Origin: Candidatus Latescibacterota bacterium
Lineage (GTDB): Bacteria > Latescibacterota > UBA2968 > GCA-2709665
NCBI GenBank assembly: GCA_965208835.1
Contig: OZ242358.1
Span: forward strand, 2,624,001 to 2,688,000
Reading direction: 5' to 3'
Length of the DNA: 64,000 nt
Below are positions 55,487 to 64,000 of this stretch, one piece after another. Position numbers and translations under genes: made by a program. The notes beneath the pieces are model-generated. The model searched no databases and was not told where the DNA came from. It saw only the letters and a list, made by a program, of their open reading frames with translations. Positions within the stretch are counted from its first letter, which is position 1. Every line of letters starts with the position of its first letter.

Positions 55487-57955
55487 TTATAGCGTGCGCG
55501 CGGTCTCAACGTGTTCATAGGCCTCGATCACATCGCCCAGCTTGGTATCGTTGAAATTCTCCAGGCCGATACCGCATTCAAACCCGGACTGGACCTCCCT
55601 CACGTCGTCCTTGAACCTGCGCAGGGACCCGACCCGGCCCTCGTAAACGACAACATTGTCGCGCAGCACCCGCACCATGGCGCTGCGTGTCATTCTCCCG
55701 TTGGAAATGTAACAGCCGGCGATGATTCCGACCCGCGGCACCTGGAACGTCTCCCGGACCTCCGCCGATCCCACCACCTGTTCGTCGATCTCGGGGGTGA
55801 GCAAACCGGCAAGCGCCGCCTTGATGTCTTCCACCGCTTCGTAGATCACCCGGTAGGAACGGACGTCGACCCGCTCCTGGGCAACCACTTCTCGCGCGCG
55901 GACATCCGGACGCACATTGAATCCGATGATGATCGCGTCCGATGCGGAAGCGAGCAGTACGTCGGACTCCGACACCGCACCCACCCCGCGGTGGATCACG
56001 TTGATGCGGACTTCGTCGCTTGGGATCTGCATCAGGGAGTCGTGGAGTGCTTCTACGGAACCGTCGACGTCTCCCTTTAGTATCAGACGCAACTCCTGGA
56101 CCTGACCGGCCTTGATCTGATCGTGAATGTCAACCAGGCTGACCCTGCGTATCCTGTGTGCTTCCCGCTCACGGCGCAATTGCTGCCTTTTCTGGCTGAT
56201 ATCCCTGGCGGTACGTTCGTTTTCCACGGAGTAGAAGGAGTCTCCGGCCTGAGGCAGCCCGGACAGGCCAAGCACCTGGACCGGCACCGAGGGTCCTGCA
56301 TCGGGAACCCGATGCCCGCGCTCGTCCAATAAAGCCCTCGCCCTGCCACTGTAGAGACCTGTGACGAAAGTATCGCCGACGCTGAGCGTTCCTTCCTGAA
56401 CGAGCACGGTCGCCACATTGCCGCGGCCTCGGTCCAGGCGGGCCTCGACAATGGCGCCTTTCGCGCGTTTCGCCGGATTGGCCTTCAGCTCCAGCAGATC
56501 GGTTTCCAATGCCAGCAACTCAAGCAGATCGTTGACGTTCTCACCGGTCTTTGCGGAGATCTCACAGGACTGAACCTTACCTCCGTATTCCTCAAGTACA
56601 ACACTGTGTTCCGTCAGTTGCCGCTTGATTCGATCCACGTCCGCACCAGGAAGGTCTATCTTGTTGATGGCCAGCACCATCGGAACGCCCGCCGCGCGTG
56701 CATGGTCGATCGCTTCCACCGTCTGGGGCATGACATTGTCGTCGGCCGCCACAATGAGGACAACCACGTCCGTCACCTGGGCTCCCCTGGCGCGCATCGC
56801 GGTAAATGCCTCGTGACCTGGCGTATCGAGAAAGGTCACCATGCGTCCGTTGTCCAGTTCCACGTGATATGCGCCGATATGCTGGGTGATGCCGCCCGCC
56901 TCTCCCGCGACCACGTTGGTGTTGCGGACATAATCCAGAAGCGACGTCTTGCCGTGGTCGACATGGCCCATGATGGTGACCACCGGAGGACGCGGCGCGA
57001 GATCGTCTTCCACGTCTTCTTCTTCCTGTTCCAGCACGTCTTCCGCAAACTCCTGGAGTTCTTCAACGCCAATCCCGAACTCGTCGGCAACCAGGGTAAT
57101 GGTGTCCATATCCAGCCGCTGGTTGATGGTGACCATAAGGCCCAACGTGAGACATTGTTTTATGACGTCGGTGAGCGGTATGTCCATCAGTGTCGACAAC
57201 TCGCCTACCGTCGTAAACTCGTTAACCTTGATGATGCGTTCTATACCCTCTTCTTCGCCGGCGTCCTCGTCGTCCCTGCGACGGCGTCGACGTGAACGGG
57301 CCGTGCCAGTCTCCATCTGAGCCATCGTGCGGCGTACGCTGGCTTCGATTTCCGTCTGGTCCGGTGCGGGCCTGCCGCGCCTTCGGCGACGGCGCCTGCC
57401 TTCGCCCTTTTCAGGGGCGGGTTTTTCCTGCGGCTTCGATGACTCGGTCTGGCTGCGCGTTCCCGGTGCGCCAACGACCTCAACCGTCGGTTCTCTGCGC
57501 GCCGCATCGCGCCTTCGCCGGCGCGTTGCCTGGTCGTCGCGGATTTCACGAATCTCTACCGCCTCGCGGACCGGCTCCGCAGGTTTGGGCGTTTCCGTCT
57601 TCTTTGACGCGGCCTTTTTCGCGCTTGCGGTTCTGGTCCTGGCGGGTGTCTTCCTGGCTTCCTTTTCGGCTCCCTGACGTTGCCTTCGCTGCTCGGACTT
57701 GCGTTTGATTTCCTGGCGTGAGGCGTTACGCTCCTCCTCGAATTTTCCCTGAATGCTGTCGAACATCTCCTTGGTACAGACGGCCATGTGATTCTTGACA
57801 TCGAATCCCAGACCCCTGACCACTTCGACCATTGCAACACTCGAGAGATTGAACTCCCGCGCAACTTCGTAGATTCGGCGTTTCTTGCCATCGGTGTCGT
57901 CGGATGCCGCGGTGGCCGTCGTTGCGGGCGCATTTCTGTTCATCTTCCGACTCAC
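55487..57955 (-). CDS. infB: Translation initiation factor IF-2
   Basis: [39 protein letters not shown]. Confidence 0.98.
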   Translation of the reverse strand: MSRKMNRNAPATTATAASDDTDGKKRRIYEVAREFNLSSVAMVEVVRGLGFDVKNHMAVCTKEMFDSIQGKFEEERNASRQEIKRKSEQRRQRQGAEKEARKTPARTRTASAKKAASKKTETPKPAEPVREAVEIREIRDDQATRRRRRDAARREPTVEVVGAPGTRSQTESSKPQEKPAPEKGEGRRRRRRRGRPAPDQTEIEASVRRTMAQMETGTARSRRRRRRDDEDAGEEEGIERIIKVNEFTTVGELSTLMDIPLTDVIKQCLTLGLMVTINQRLDMDTITLVADEFGIGVEELQEFAEDVLEQEEEDVEDDLAPRPPVVTIMGHVDHGKTSLLDYVRNTNVVAGEAGGITQHIGAYHVELDNGRMVTFLDTPGHEAFTAMRARGAQVTDVVVLIVAADDNVMPQTVEAIDHARAAGVPMVLAINKIDLPGADVDRIKRQLTEHSVVLEEYGGKVQSCEISAKTGENVNDLLELLALETDLLELKANPAKRAKGAIVEARLDRGRGNVATVLVQEGTLSVGDTFVTGLYSGRARALLDERGHRVPDAGPSVPVQVLGLSGLPQAGDSFYSVENERTARDISQKRQQLRREREAHRIRRVSLVDIHDQIKAGQVQELRLILKGDVDGSVEALHDSLMQIPSDEVRINVIHRGVGAVSESDVLLASASDAIIIGFNVRPDVRAREVVAQERVDVRSYRVIYEAVEDIKAALAGLLTPEIDEQVVGSAEVRETFQVPRVGIIAGCYISNGRMTRSAMVRVLRDNVVVYEGRVGSLRRFKDDVREVQSGFECGIGLENFNDTKLGDVIEAYEHVETARTL

Positions 57956-59478
57956 CTCCCTTCATCTTCCGAGGGTCTGCTGACCTGATTGTCTTCAGAT
58001 GCCGCAGGCTGTACCGCCGCGCCTTCTTCCGAAAGCTCAATCTCCCCGTCCGCCTCCGGCTCGTCCTCGTCCGCCTCCGCGGACGCAGCTGCTTCGGCAG
58101 CCGCTGCAGCCTCCGCCTCCGCGATGCGCGCCGCTTCCTCTTCAGCAATGCGTGCCGCTTCCTCTTCAGCAATGCGTGCCGCTTCCTCGGCCCGCTGCCT
58201 TTCAAGTTCCTCTCGGTAGGCCTGCACCTTTACGGTCACGATTTCATCCGCGGCACTCTGGATCTTTTCGCCGGTGGACTCCCCAATTCCGGGTACTTCG
58301 AGCAATCGTACGAGCGACACATCCACAAGATCGTTGGCGGACAATATTCCCGCGGCCTCGAGACGATCCAGCATCACTTTCCCCACGCCGGCGACTTCCG
58401 TCAGTGGTACGAATGTCGCCTCCTTTTCCAACTGCATTTCCTGGAATCGGGTCTCCGTGATTATATCGACCTTCCAGCCGGTAAGTTGCGCTGCCAGACG
58501 GGCGTTCTGCCCTGACTTACCAATTGCCAGCGACAACTGGTCGTCTTCGACGATCGCCGTCATCGTCGTTTTGTTGCGATCGACCACCACGCGTTTGACC
58601 GTTGCGGGACTCAGCGAACGGGAAAGGAAGATGGCTTCGTCGTCGCTCCAGGGTACGATGTCGATCCGCTCGTTGCTCAACTCCCGAACGACCGCCTGGA
58701 CACGGGACCCTTTCATACCCACGCAGGCGCCAACCGGATCGATCCTGGCGTCGTTTGAGTATACCGCGATCTTCGCCCTTTCGCCCGGTTCACGGGCGAC
58801 CGCCTTGATTTCAATGATGCCCTCATAGATTTCAGGGACTTCGAACTGGAAGAGCTTGACCAGAAACTGCGGATGTGTCCGGGACAGCACCACCTGAGGC
58901 CCCTTGGAGGTGCGGAGGACATTGACGAGATAGGCGCGTATGGGGTCTCCCTGTCGGTAACGCTCCTTGCGAATCTGCTCCTTGAGCGGGATGACCGCCT
59001 CGGTGCGCCCCAGGTTAATCAGAATATCGCCGTGGCTGATCTGCTGGACGGTACCGCTGATGATTTCGCCGATCCGAGTCTGGTAATCCTCGTAGATTTT
59101 CTCGCGCTCGGCTTCCCGAACCCGCTGGATCAGGATCTGCTTGGTGGACTGAATGGCATTCCGGCCGAAGTCGGCGAACCGGAGCATCTGCCTGATTTCC
59201 CCGTTGACCTTCACACCCGGTTCAATCTCACGCGCAGCCGTAAGGCCGATCTGAAGGGACGGGTCCTCGATCTCTTCGTCCTTGACGACGGATTTGATGG
59301 CGAAGACCTCGATATCGCCGGAATTGGCGTCTATATTCACCTCGACGTTGTCCGACGTGCCGTACCGCCTCTTCGTTGCGGAGAGCAGCCCTATTTCAAG
59401 GGTTTCGATGACCAGTGCCTTGTCGACGTTTTTTTCCTGGGCAATCTGGCCCAGCGCCTCCAGGACTTCGTAATTCAA
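57952..59478 (-). CDS. nusA: Transcription termination/antitermination factor NusA
   Basis: FGRNAIQ, SRTHP, AREPG, DPVGACVG..GSRVQ, LAIGK.GQNARLA; TTG start. Confidence 0.97.
   Translation of the reverse strand: MNYEVLEALGQIAQEKNVDKALVIETLEIGLLSATKRRYGTSDNVEVNIDANSGDIEVFAIKSVVKDEEIEDPSLQIGLTAAREIEPGVKVNGEIRQMLRFADFGRNAIQSTKQILIQRVREAEREKIYEDYQTRIGEIISGTVQQISHGDILINLGRTEAVIPLKEQIRKERYRQGDPIRAYLVNVLRTSKGPQVVLSRTHPQFLVKLFQFEVPEIYEGIIEIKAVAREPGERAKIAVYSNDARIDPVGACVGMKGSRVQAVVRELSNERIDIVPWSDDEAIFLSRSLSPATVKRVVVDRNKTTMTAIVEDDQLSLAIGKSGQNARLAAQLTGWKVDIITETRFQEMQLEKEATFVPLTEVAGVGKVMLDRLEAAGILSANDLVDVSLVRLLEVPGIGESTGEKIQSAADEIVTVKVQAYREELERQRAEEAARIAEEEAARIAEEEAARIAEAEAAAAAEAAASAEADEDEPEADGEIELSEEGAAVQPAASEDNQVSRPSEDEGR
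58121..58188 (-). repeat. 24-bp coding tandem repeat (EEEAARIA, about 3 units) in the NusA tail
   Basis: GCCGCTTCCTCTTCAGCAATGCGT repeated exactly twice plus partial copies. Confidence 0.85.
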
Positions 59479-59490
59479 AAGAAGATCTCC

Positions 59491-59967
59491 TCAAAATTCA
59501 AAATGCAGGTTGGCTTTTCGTATTTCGTCCGCCGGAACGATCCGGGTCCGGCCATCGACAGCAAGCACAACTTCGGGGCCGTCGAATCGCATCAACCGGC
59601 CAATCAGGACGCGCCCGCCATCCAGTATTACCTTTACGGTGCGGCCGACGGCGCGTTTGTAGTCGCGATCCGACTTCAGGGGTCTGTCGAGCCCGGGCGA
59701 GGAGACCTCAAGTAGGTACCGCCCGCTGATCGGATCGTGAGTATCGAGGACATCCGCGATTCCGCGGCTTAGGCGCGCACATTCATCGACGGTGATCCCG
59801 CCCACGCGATCCACGTCGATGCGAAGCGTCAGGTTCCGGGGGTTGCCGGAAAGCTGAAGGTCAACCAGGTCCGCACCCTGGTGCTTCAGATAGGGCGCGA
59901 CCAGCTTTTCGATGCATTCCTGCAGCGCCGGATCGTCCATAAACCGGAAACTCGAACTGTAGCCCAC
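59491..59967 (-). CDS. rimP: Ribosome maturation factor RimP (start 59940 or 59967)
   Basis: GITVDECA.LSR, YLLEVSSPGLDRPL. Confidence 0.95.
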   Translation of the reverse strand: MGYSSSFRFMDDPALQECIEKLVAPYLKHQGADLVDLQLSGNPRNLTLRIDVDRVGGITVDECARLSRGIADVLDTHDPISGRYLLEVSSPGLDRPLKSDRDYKRAVGRTVKVILDGGRVLIGRLMRFDGPEVVLAVDGRTRIVPADEIRKANLHFEF

Positions 59968-59973
59968 ATATTC

Positions 59974-59999
59974 AAAAGAGCGGGCACCCGCCCACTCTC
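59974..59999 (-). promoter_or_regulatory. rimP leader hairpin (attenuator)
   Basis: Minus strand GAGAGTGGGC-GGGT-GCCCGCTCTTTT, the conserved rimP-leader stem with U tract. Confidence 0.8.
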
Positions 60000-60015
60000 G
60001 CTGTTCAGAAAAATA

Positions 60016-60044
60016 AATATATGGTATTTCACACTATAGCGCAA
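60016..60044 (-). promoter_or_regulatory. Sigma70-type promoter of the rimP-nusA-infB operon
   Basis: Minus strand TTGCGC-17 nt-TATATT just upstream of the leader hairpin. Confidence 0.65.
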
Positions 60045-60070
60045 GCACAAATTTCCCAAACGAGACCCTC

Positions 60071-60433
60071 TCAGGCGCCTCCGTCGACCAAGCGTCTGAG
60101 TTCGTCAAGCATACCGCGCATCTCCTTCAGGACGTCGTCCAGTTCCGGCGGTTGCCCGGCTCCGGCAGTCTCCGTTTCGACATTGAGGTCTCTCCAAAGC
60201 GAGGGTTTTTCACGCAGCCGTTCGCGCGCTCCCTGAAGCGTATATTTCTCGTCCTGCCTCAGACGTCTGATGGCAAGGGCAATTTTGATATCCCGCTCCT
60301 GATAGAGCCGCTTCCCGGCGCGTGCCCGCCTGGGCCGGAGCATGGTAAATTCCTTCTCCCAATAGCGCAATACCTGAGGTTCGATACCGGTCTTTTCAGC
60401 GACTTCCCGGATGGAATAGTAGATCTTGTTCAT
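60071..60433 (-). CDS. Short MerR-family DNA-binding protein
   Basis: YYSIREVA...VLRYWEKEF..LRP.R...GKRLY...DI...YTLQGA; C-terminal leucine heptads. Confidence 0.9.
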   Translation of the reverse strand: MNKIYYSIREVAEKTGIEPQVLRYWEKEFTMLRPRRARAGKRLYQERDIKIALAIRRLRQDEKYTLQGARERLREKPSLWRDLNVETETAGAGQPPELDDVLKEMRGMLDELRRLVDGGA

Positions 60434-60439
60434 TCGATA

Positions 60440-61759
60440 TCATCTTTTCTTCTTGAACACGATCCGTACCGGAGTCCCCTCCAGTTCGAACCGCTCCCGC
60501 AAACGGCGTTCCAGATACCGGCGATAGTGTTCAGGCACGTCTTTCGGTCTCGTGGTAAAGAAAATCACCGTGGGCGGCTCCACCACGGGTTGAACACAAT
60601 AATACATCTTCGACGCCCGTCCCCTCCTGGTGGGCGGCGGATGGGATGCGTTGACTTCCTCCAGGAGTCGATTCAGGGCCGACGTGGCGATTCGCATGCG
60701 GCGCCTGTCGTAAACCTCAAGCGCCGTTTCCACAAGCTTCCAGGCGCGTTGGCCGGAGAGCGCCGAGACGAAAAAAACCGGAAAGTCCCGCAGCGAAGGA
60801 AACCGTCCGACAATGTCCCGTTTGTGTACGATCGCCGTCTTCTCGTCTTTATCAATCAAATCCCATTTGTTCATCGCCAGCAGCGCGCCTTTGCCCATTT
60901 CGGCGGCGTCACCGAGTATCTTGACGTCCTGCAGTGTGACACCTTCATTCGCATCGGCGAGGACGATGGCGACGTCGCACCTGTCCAGGCTTGTTCTGGT
61001 CCGTACCGAACTGTAATATTCGACCTGCTCCTTCACCCTCGTGCGGCGGCGAAGTCCCGCGGTATCGATCAGCAGGAGATCGCGTCCGTTTCGCTTCATC
61101 GGAAGGTCGATCGCATCACGCGTCGTGCCGGGTACAGGGCTGACCACCATCCTCTCTTCACCGGCCAGCCGATTGACAAAGGTGGACTTCCCGACATTGG
61201 GCCGGCCTACGACCGCAATACGTGGCGGGCCGTCATCCTCTTCGGCGGAAGGATCGGCTTCCGGTATGAGAGAAACCACTTCGTCCAGAAGATCGCCGGA
61301 CTTCCGCCCGCTCAACGCCGACACGGGAACGGGATCGCCAAGCGCCAGGCCGTAGAAGCCGGACACGTCCGGTTCGTCCCTCTCCGAATCCACTTTGTTG
61401 ACGACAGGCAGGCACGGTGTACCGTTAAGGCGCACAAGACGGGCAATGGCCGCGTCGTCGTCGGTCGGACCGGTCCGGGCGTCCATCACCAGCAGGATCA
61501 CATCCGCTTCCGCCACGGCCAGCTCCACCTGGTCCCCGACGGACCGAGCGATGCCCGCCTCGGGATTGAGCGTATAGCCGCCGGTATCCACCAGCGTGAA
61601 GACCCGGCGGTTCCAGTAAACCTCCGCGTAGTTTCGATCCCTGGTCACGCCGGGCAGATCGTCCACGACGGCCCGCCGCTGACCCAGAAACCGATTGAAG
61701 AGCGTGGATTTTCCGACGTTTGGCCGGCCGACTATCGCTACGACACGTTGCTTCGGCAC
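60440..61759 (-). CDS. der: Ribosome biogenesis GTPase Der (EngA)
   Basis: Two GRPNVGKST / DT.G / NK.D GTPase domains; GTG start 61759. Confidence 0.97.
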   Translation of the reverse strand: MPKQRVVAIVGRPNVGKSTLFNRFLGQRRAVVDDLPGVTRDRNYAEVYWNRRVFTLVDTGGYTLNPEAGIARSVGDQVELAVAEADVILLVMDARTGPTDDDAAIARLVRLNGTPCLPVVNKVDSERDEPDVSGFYGLALGDPVPVSALSGRKSGDLLDEVVSLIPEADPSAEEDDGPPRIAVVGRPNVGKSTFVNRLAGEERMVVSPVPGTTRDAIDLPMKRNGRDLLLIDTAGLRRRTRVKEQVEYYSSVRTRTSLDRCDVAIVLADANEGVTLQDVKILGDAAEMGKGALLAMNKWDLIDKDEKTAIVHKRDIVGRFPSLRDFPVFFVSALSGQRAWKLVETALEVYDRRRMRIATSALNRLLEEVNASHPPPTRRGRASKMYYCVQPVVEPPTVIFFTTRPKDVPEHYRRYLERRLRERFELEGTPVRIVFKKKR

Positions 61760-61784
61760 AAGAAAGGCTCCCAGGCCTGCCGCG

Positions 61785-63200
61785 TCAGGCCACCTGATGC
61801 GGCAATATATATGGATGCTGCGTCGCCATCGGATCGCCGGACGCGCCCGGGCGGGCATCCCCACGTGCGATCCGAGCCGCCGTTTCGGCAAGATCGTATG
61901 TACCAATGCTGAACCGGCACTTCAGGGCCTGTTCCAGATCGTTCGGGGTCAGGTCGTCGAGAAACAGGCCGTGATGGCTTATGCAGTTGGGCGGCAGGAC
62001 CACGACGTCGGTTTCCCGCCACTGCGTCTTGAGGGCATGCAGCATATCCTCGCCCGTCAGCAGTCCCGATACCGTAATACCCTCACCCAGGAAACGGTTC
62101 TTCACCTCCACGACATGCGCGGTCAACCAGGGGATCCGGTTCAGACGCTCCGCCATTGGCCGGATGAATCCCGCGCCAAGCACACTCGTGACCATCGTCA
62201 TTGAAATTCGGTTGCAGTTCAGCGATTTCAACGCGGGGAAGCCCGCCTCGAAGCGATCCGTGAACCGCCGTACCATGCCAACGCCGTTCTCCACAAGAGG
62301 AAACCCGTCGTAGTGCGCTGCCTCGGGAATTCCGCGTCCCGCCATCAGGTAGAACTCGTCTCCGAAATAGACGAAATTGACGCCGAACCTGCGGTGAAGC
62401 CTGCCCTGCCACGCCCTGGCCTGGTCCAGGCACGACAGCGCGACTTCGGGGGTTACCGGGTCCAGACTCGGCAGATTCCGTCGGTACCGGGTCAGGCCCA
62501 GCGGAACGATGCCCACAGACGCTACCGAAGGATACCATTGGGCCAGATCGAATACGGTGCGTTTGAGGTGCTGTCCGTCGTTGAGTCCCGGGCACAGAAC
62601 AACCTGCGCGTGCATCTGAATGTTGTGTTTCGCCAGGAAACCGATACGCTCCATGACGTCCACCGGCTCCGTACGTCCCAGCAACGTACCCCGGAGATCG
62701 GGATCGGTGGCGTGGACCGAAATATACATGGGGCTGAGTCGCTGTTCGACAATTCTCTGAAACTCCGCATCGGACAGATTCGTGAGCGTGACGTACGCAC
62801 CGTGCAGGAATGAGAGTCTGTAATCGTCGTCCTGGTAGTAGAGGGTTTTGCGCATCTTTCTGGGCATCTGGTGGAGAAAACAGAATACGCACTTGTTGTT
62901 GCATTTGATGATGGGCATTTCTGAAAGGGTTACGCCAAGGTCATCGTCCGCGTCCTTTTCGATATCCACCACGATGACGTCTTGCCCGCGCCGGAGCACC
63001 ACCTCCACCGTCTCTTCCGCGATGTGAAAGCGATAATCGATGGGATCGCGTACGGATTCCCCGTTGATGGCCTCGATGACGTCCCCTTGACGGATGCCGA
63101 CAGCCTCTCCGATACCTCCGGAGGCCACCGCATCCACGCCGAGCCCCACAACCGCCTCATCCACCTGAGGCAAACCCTCTATCTGACCTGGCCTATTCAT
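61785..63200 (-). CDS. PDZ / radical-SAM-like DUF512 protein
   Basis: PDZ N-terminus, CNNKCVFC, DDDYRLSFL.G.YVTLTN, QVVLCPG.NDG, ENGVG, ITVSGLLTG.D. Confidence 0.9.
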   Translation of the reverse strand: MNRPGQIEGLPQVDEAVVGLGVDAVASGGIGEAVGIRQGDVIEAINGESVRDPIDYRFHIAEETVEVVLRRGQDVIVVDIEKDADDDLGVTLSEMPIIKCNNKCVFCFLHQMPRKMRKTLYYQDDDYRLSFLHGAYVTLTNLSDAEFQRIVEQRLSPMYISVHATDPDLRGTLLGRTEPVDVMERIGFLAKHNIQMHAQVVLCPGLNDGQHLKRTVFDLAQWYPSVASVGIVPLGLTRYRRNLPSLDPVTPEVALSCLDQARAWQGRLHRRFGVNFVYFGDEFYLMAGRGIPEAAHYDGFPLVENGVGMVRRFTDRFEAGFPALKSLNCNRISMTMVTSVLGAGFIRPMAERLNRIPWLTAHVVEVKNRFLGEGITVSGLLTGEDMLHALKTQWRETDVVVLPPNCISHHGLFLDDLTPNDLEQALKCRFSIGTYDLAETAARIARGDARPGASGDPMATQHPYILPHQVA

Positions 63201-63260
63201 ATGACGATATATCTAACTGTTAGAGAATAAAGTGCACAAAATACTTACACTATTACTTTG

Positions 63261-63288
63261 AAGTTAAAACAAATGTGGAAAACGTCAA
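63261..63288 (-). promoter_or_regulatory. Possible sigma70 promoter for DUF512-der
   Basis: Minus strand TTGACG-16 nt-TAACTT in an AT-rich intergenic region. Confidence 0.45.
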
Positions 63289-63392
63289 GCAAAATGTCTG
63301 GAACCGCTGGCATTTTCGAACCCGGCCAACAGCGACGGGCAGGCGCCACCACGCCCACCAAACGTATCGGATGTGTGAATCCGCCTCCCCTT

Positions 63393-63935
63393 TCAATCTT
63401 TCGCCGGGGCCAGCAGCCGGGGTCTATGGATAGCGACCTGTTTCTTGACGAGCGGGTCCAGATCGATGACGCCACGCAGGGTTCGTGCCTCCAGGACCTG
63501 CCGTGCGGTCAGCCCCTCCGCCCCGGTGAACGTGGTACTGCGGAGGTCCGTGTTGTGGAACACGGCGTTATCAAGGTCCGTTTCCTTGAGGGAGCCTTCG
63601 CTCAGATCGCAGTCGGTAAAGTCGGCGCCTGCAAGTACCGCCCCGTAGAGGTTCACACAGTTCAGGTTGGCCCGGCGGAAGGTGGCATTCAGAAGATAGG
63701 CATCGCTCAGGTCTGTGTGGTCCAGCACGGTGCCGTCCAGGTTCGCGCCGACGAGCGTGGCGGAGCTCAGATTCTCGTAGCTCAGGTCCATTCCGCTGAA
63801 ATCCACACCGCTGAGGTCTTCGTAGCTGAAATCGGCGCCAGACACATCGGGCGTGAGTTCCCGGTTCTCCGCCCGCCAGCCGTTCCAGGCCTGAACGCTC
63901 TTCCTGATGATGTCCAGATGATCAGGATCCGCCAT
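63393..63935 (-). CDS. Pentapeptide repeat protein
   Basis: WNGWR...PDVSGADFS followed by A(D/N)Lxx repeats. Confidence 0.92.
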   Translation of the reverse strand: MADPDHLDIIRKSVQAWNGWRAENRELTPDVSGADFSYEDLSGVDFSGMDLSYENLSSATLVGANLDGTVLDHTDLSDAYLLNATFRRANLNCVNLYGAVLAGADFTDCDLSEGSLKETDLDNAVFHNTDLRSTTFTGAEGLTARQVLEARTLRGVIDLDPLVKKQVAIHRPRLLAPAKD

Positions 63936-64000
63936 GGTTCAATTGCCCTGCATGTTTTAACGGGCTTACGTCGTGAGCGTATTGACGAAATGACTGACGA

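Noticed and set aside
1-64000. CRISPR arrays, rRNA, tRNA (including selC), prophage or transposase genes
   Set aside because: No regularly spaced repeats, cloverleaf or rRNA motifs, or hallmark proteins seen by eye; a tRNAscan/Infernal run would be decisive

Overview
GC-rich bacterial chromosome segment. The FlgD-like C-terminal sorting domain, the DUF512-der linkage and a large heparinase/beta-propeller protein suggest an FCB-group organism such as Latescibacterota or Gemmatimonadota (inference only). The window appears to span the replication terminus: there is a dif-like XerCD site at 44264-44291, most genes on both sides point toward it, and the GGGNAGGG (KOPS) motifs I noticed are polarised toward it. 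Left of dif lie (i) a selenocysteine NAD-linked formate dehydrogenase operon (in-frame UGA plus SECIS), (ii) an uncharacterised methyl/C1 catabolic cluster (homocysteine-methyltransferase/class I methyltransferase fusion, two SDRs, a dimethylformamidase-like protein, BHMT-like, ThDP enzyme, MgdA/SoxB-like oxidoreductase, triple-Rid protein) and (iii) a hybrid transporter operon. In that operon an RND permease is fused to an ABC ATPase whose fold is interrupted by a membrane insert, alongside a second RND, an adaptor, a free ABC ATPase and two ABC-2 permeases (one carrying a degenerate M1-peptidase plus golvesin-like ectodomain). This RND-ABC hybrid is the best candidate for an undescribed system. 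Right of dif lie housekeeping genes (gcvT, leuS, asnS, pnp, rpsO, ribF, truB, rbfA, infB, nusA, rimP, der). Three copies of a ~162-bp MITE and a possible collapsed scar are present. No rRNA, tRNA or CRISPR array was seen. All calls come from motif reading by eye; no searches were run.
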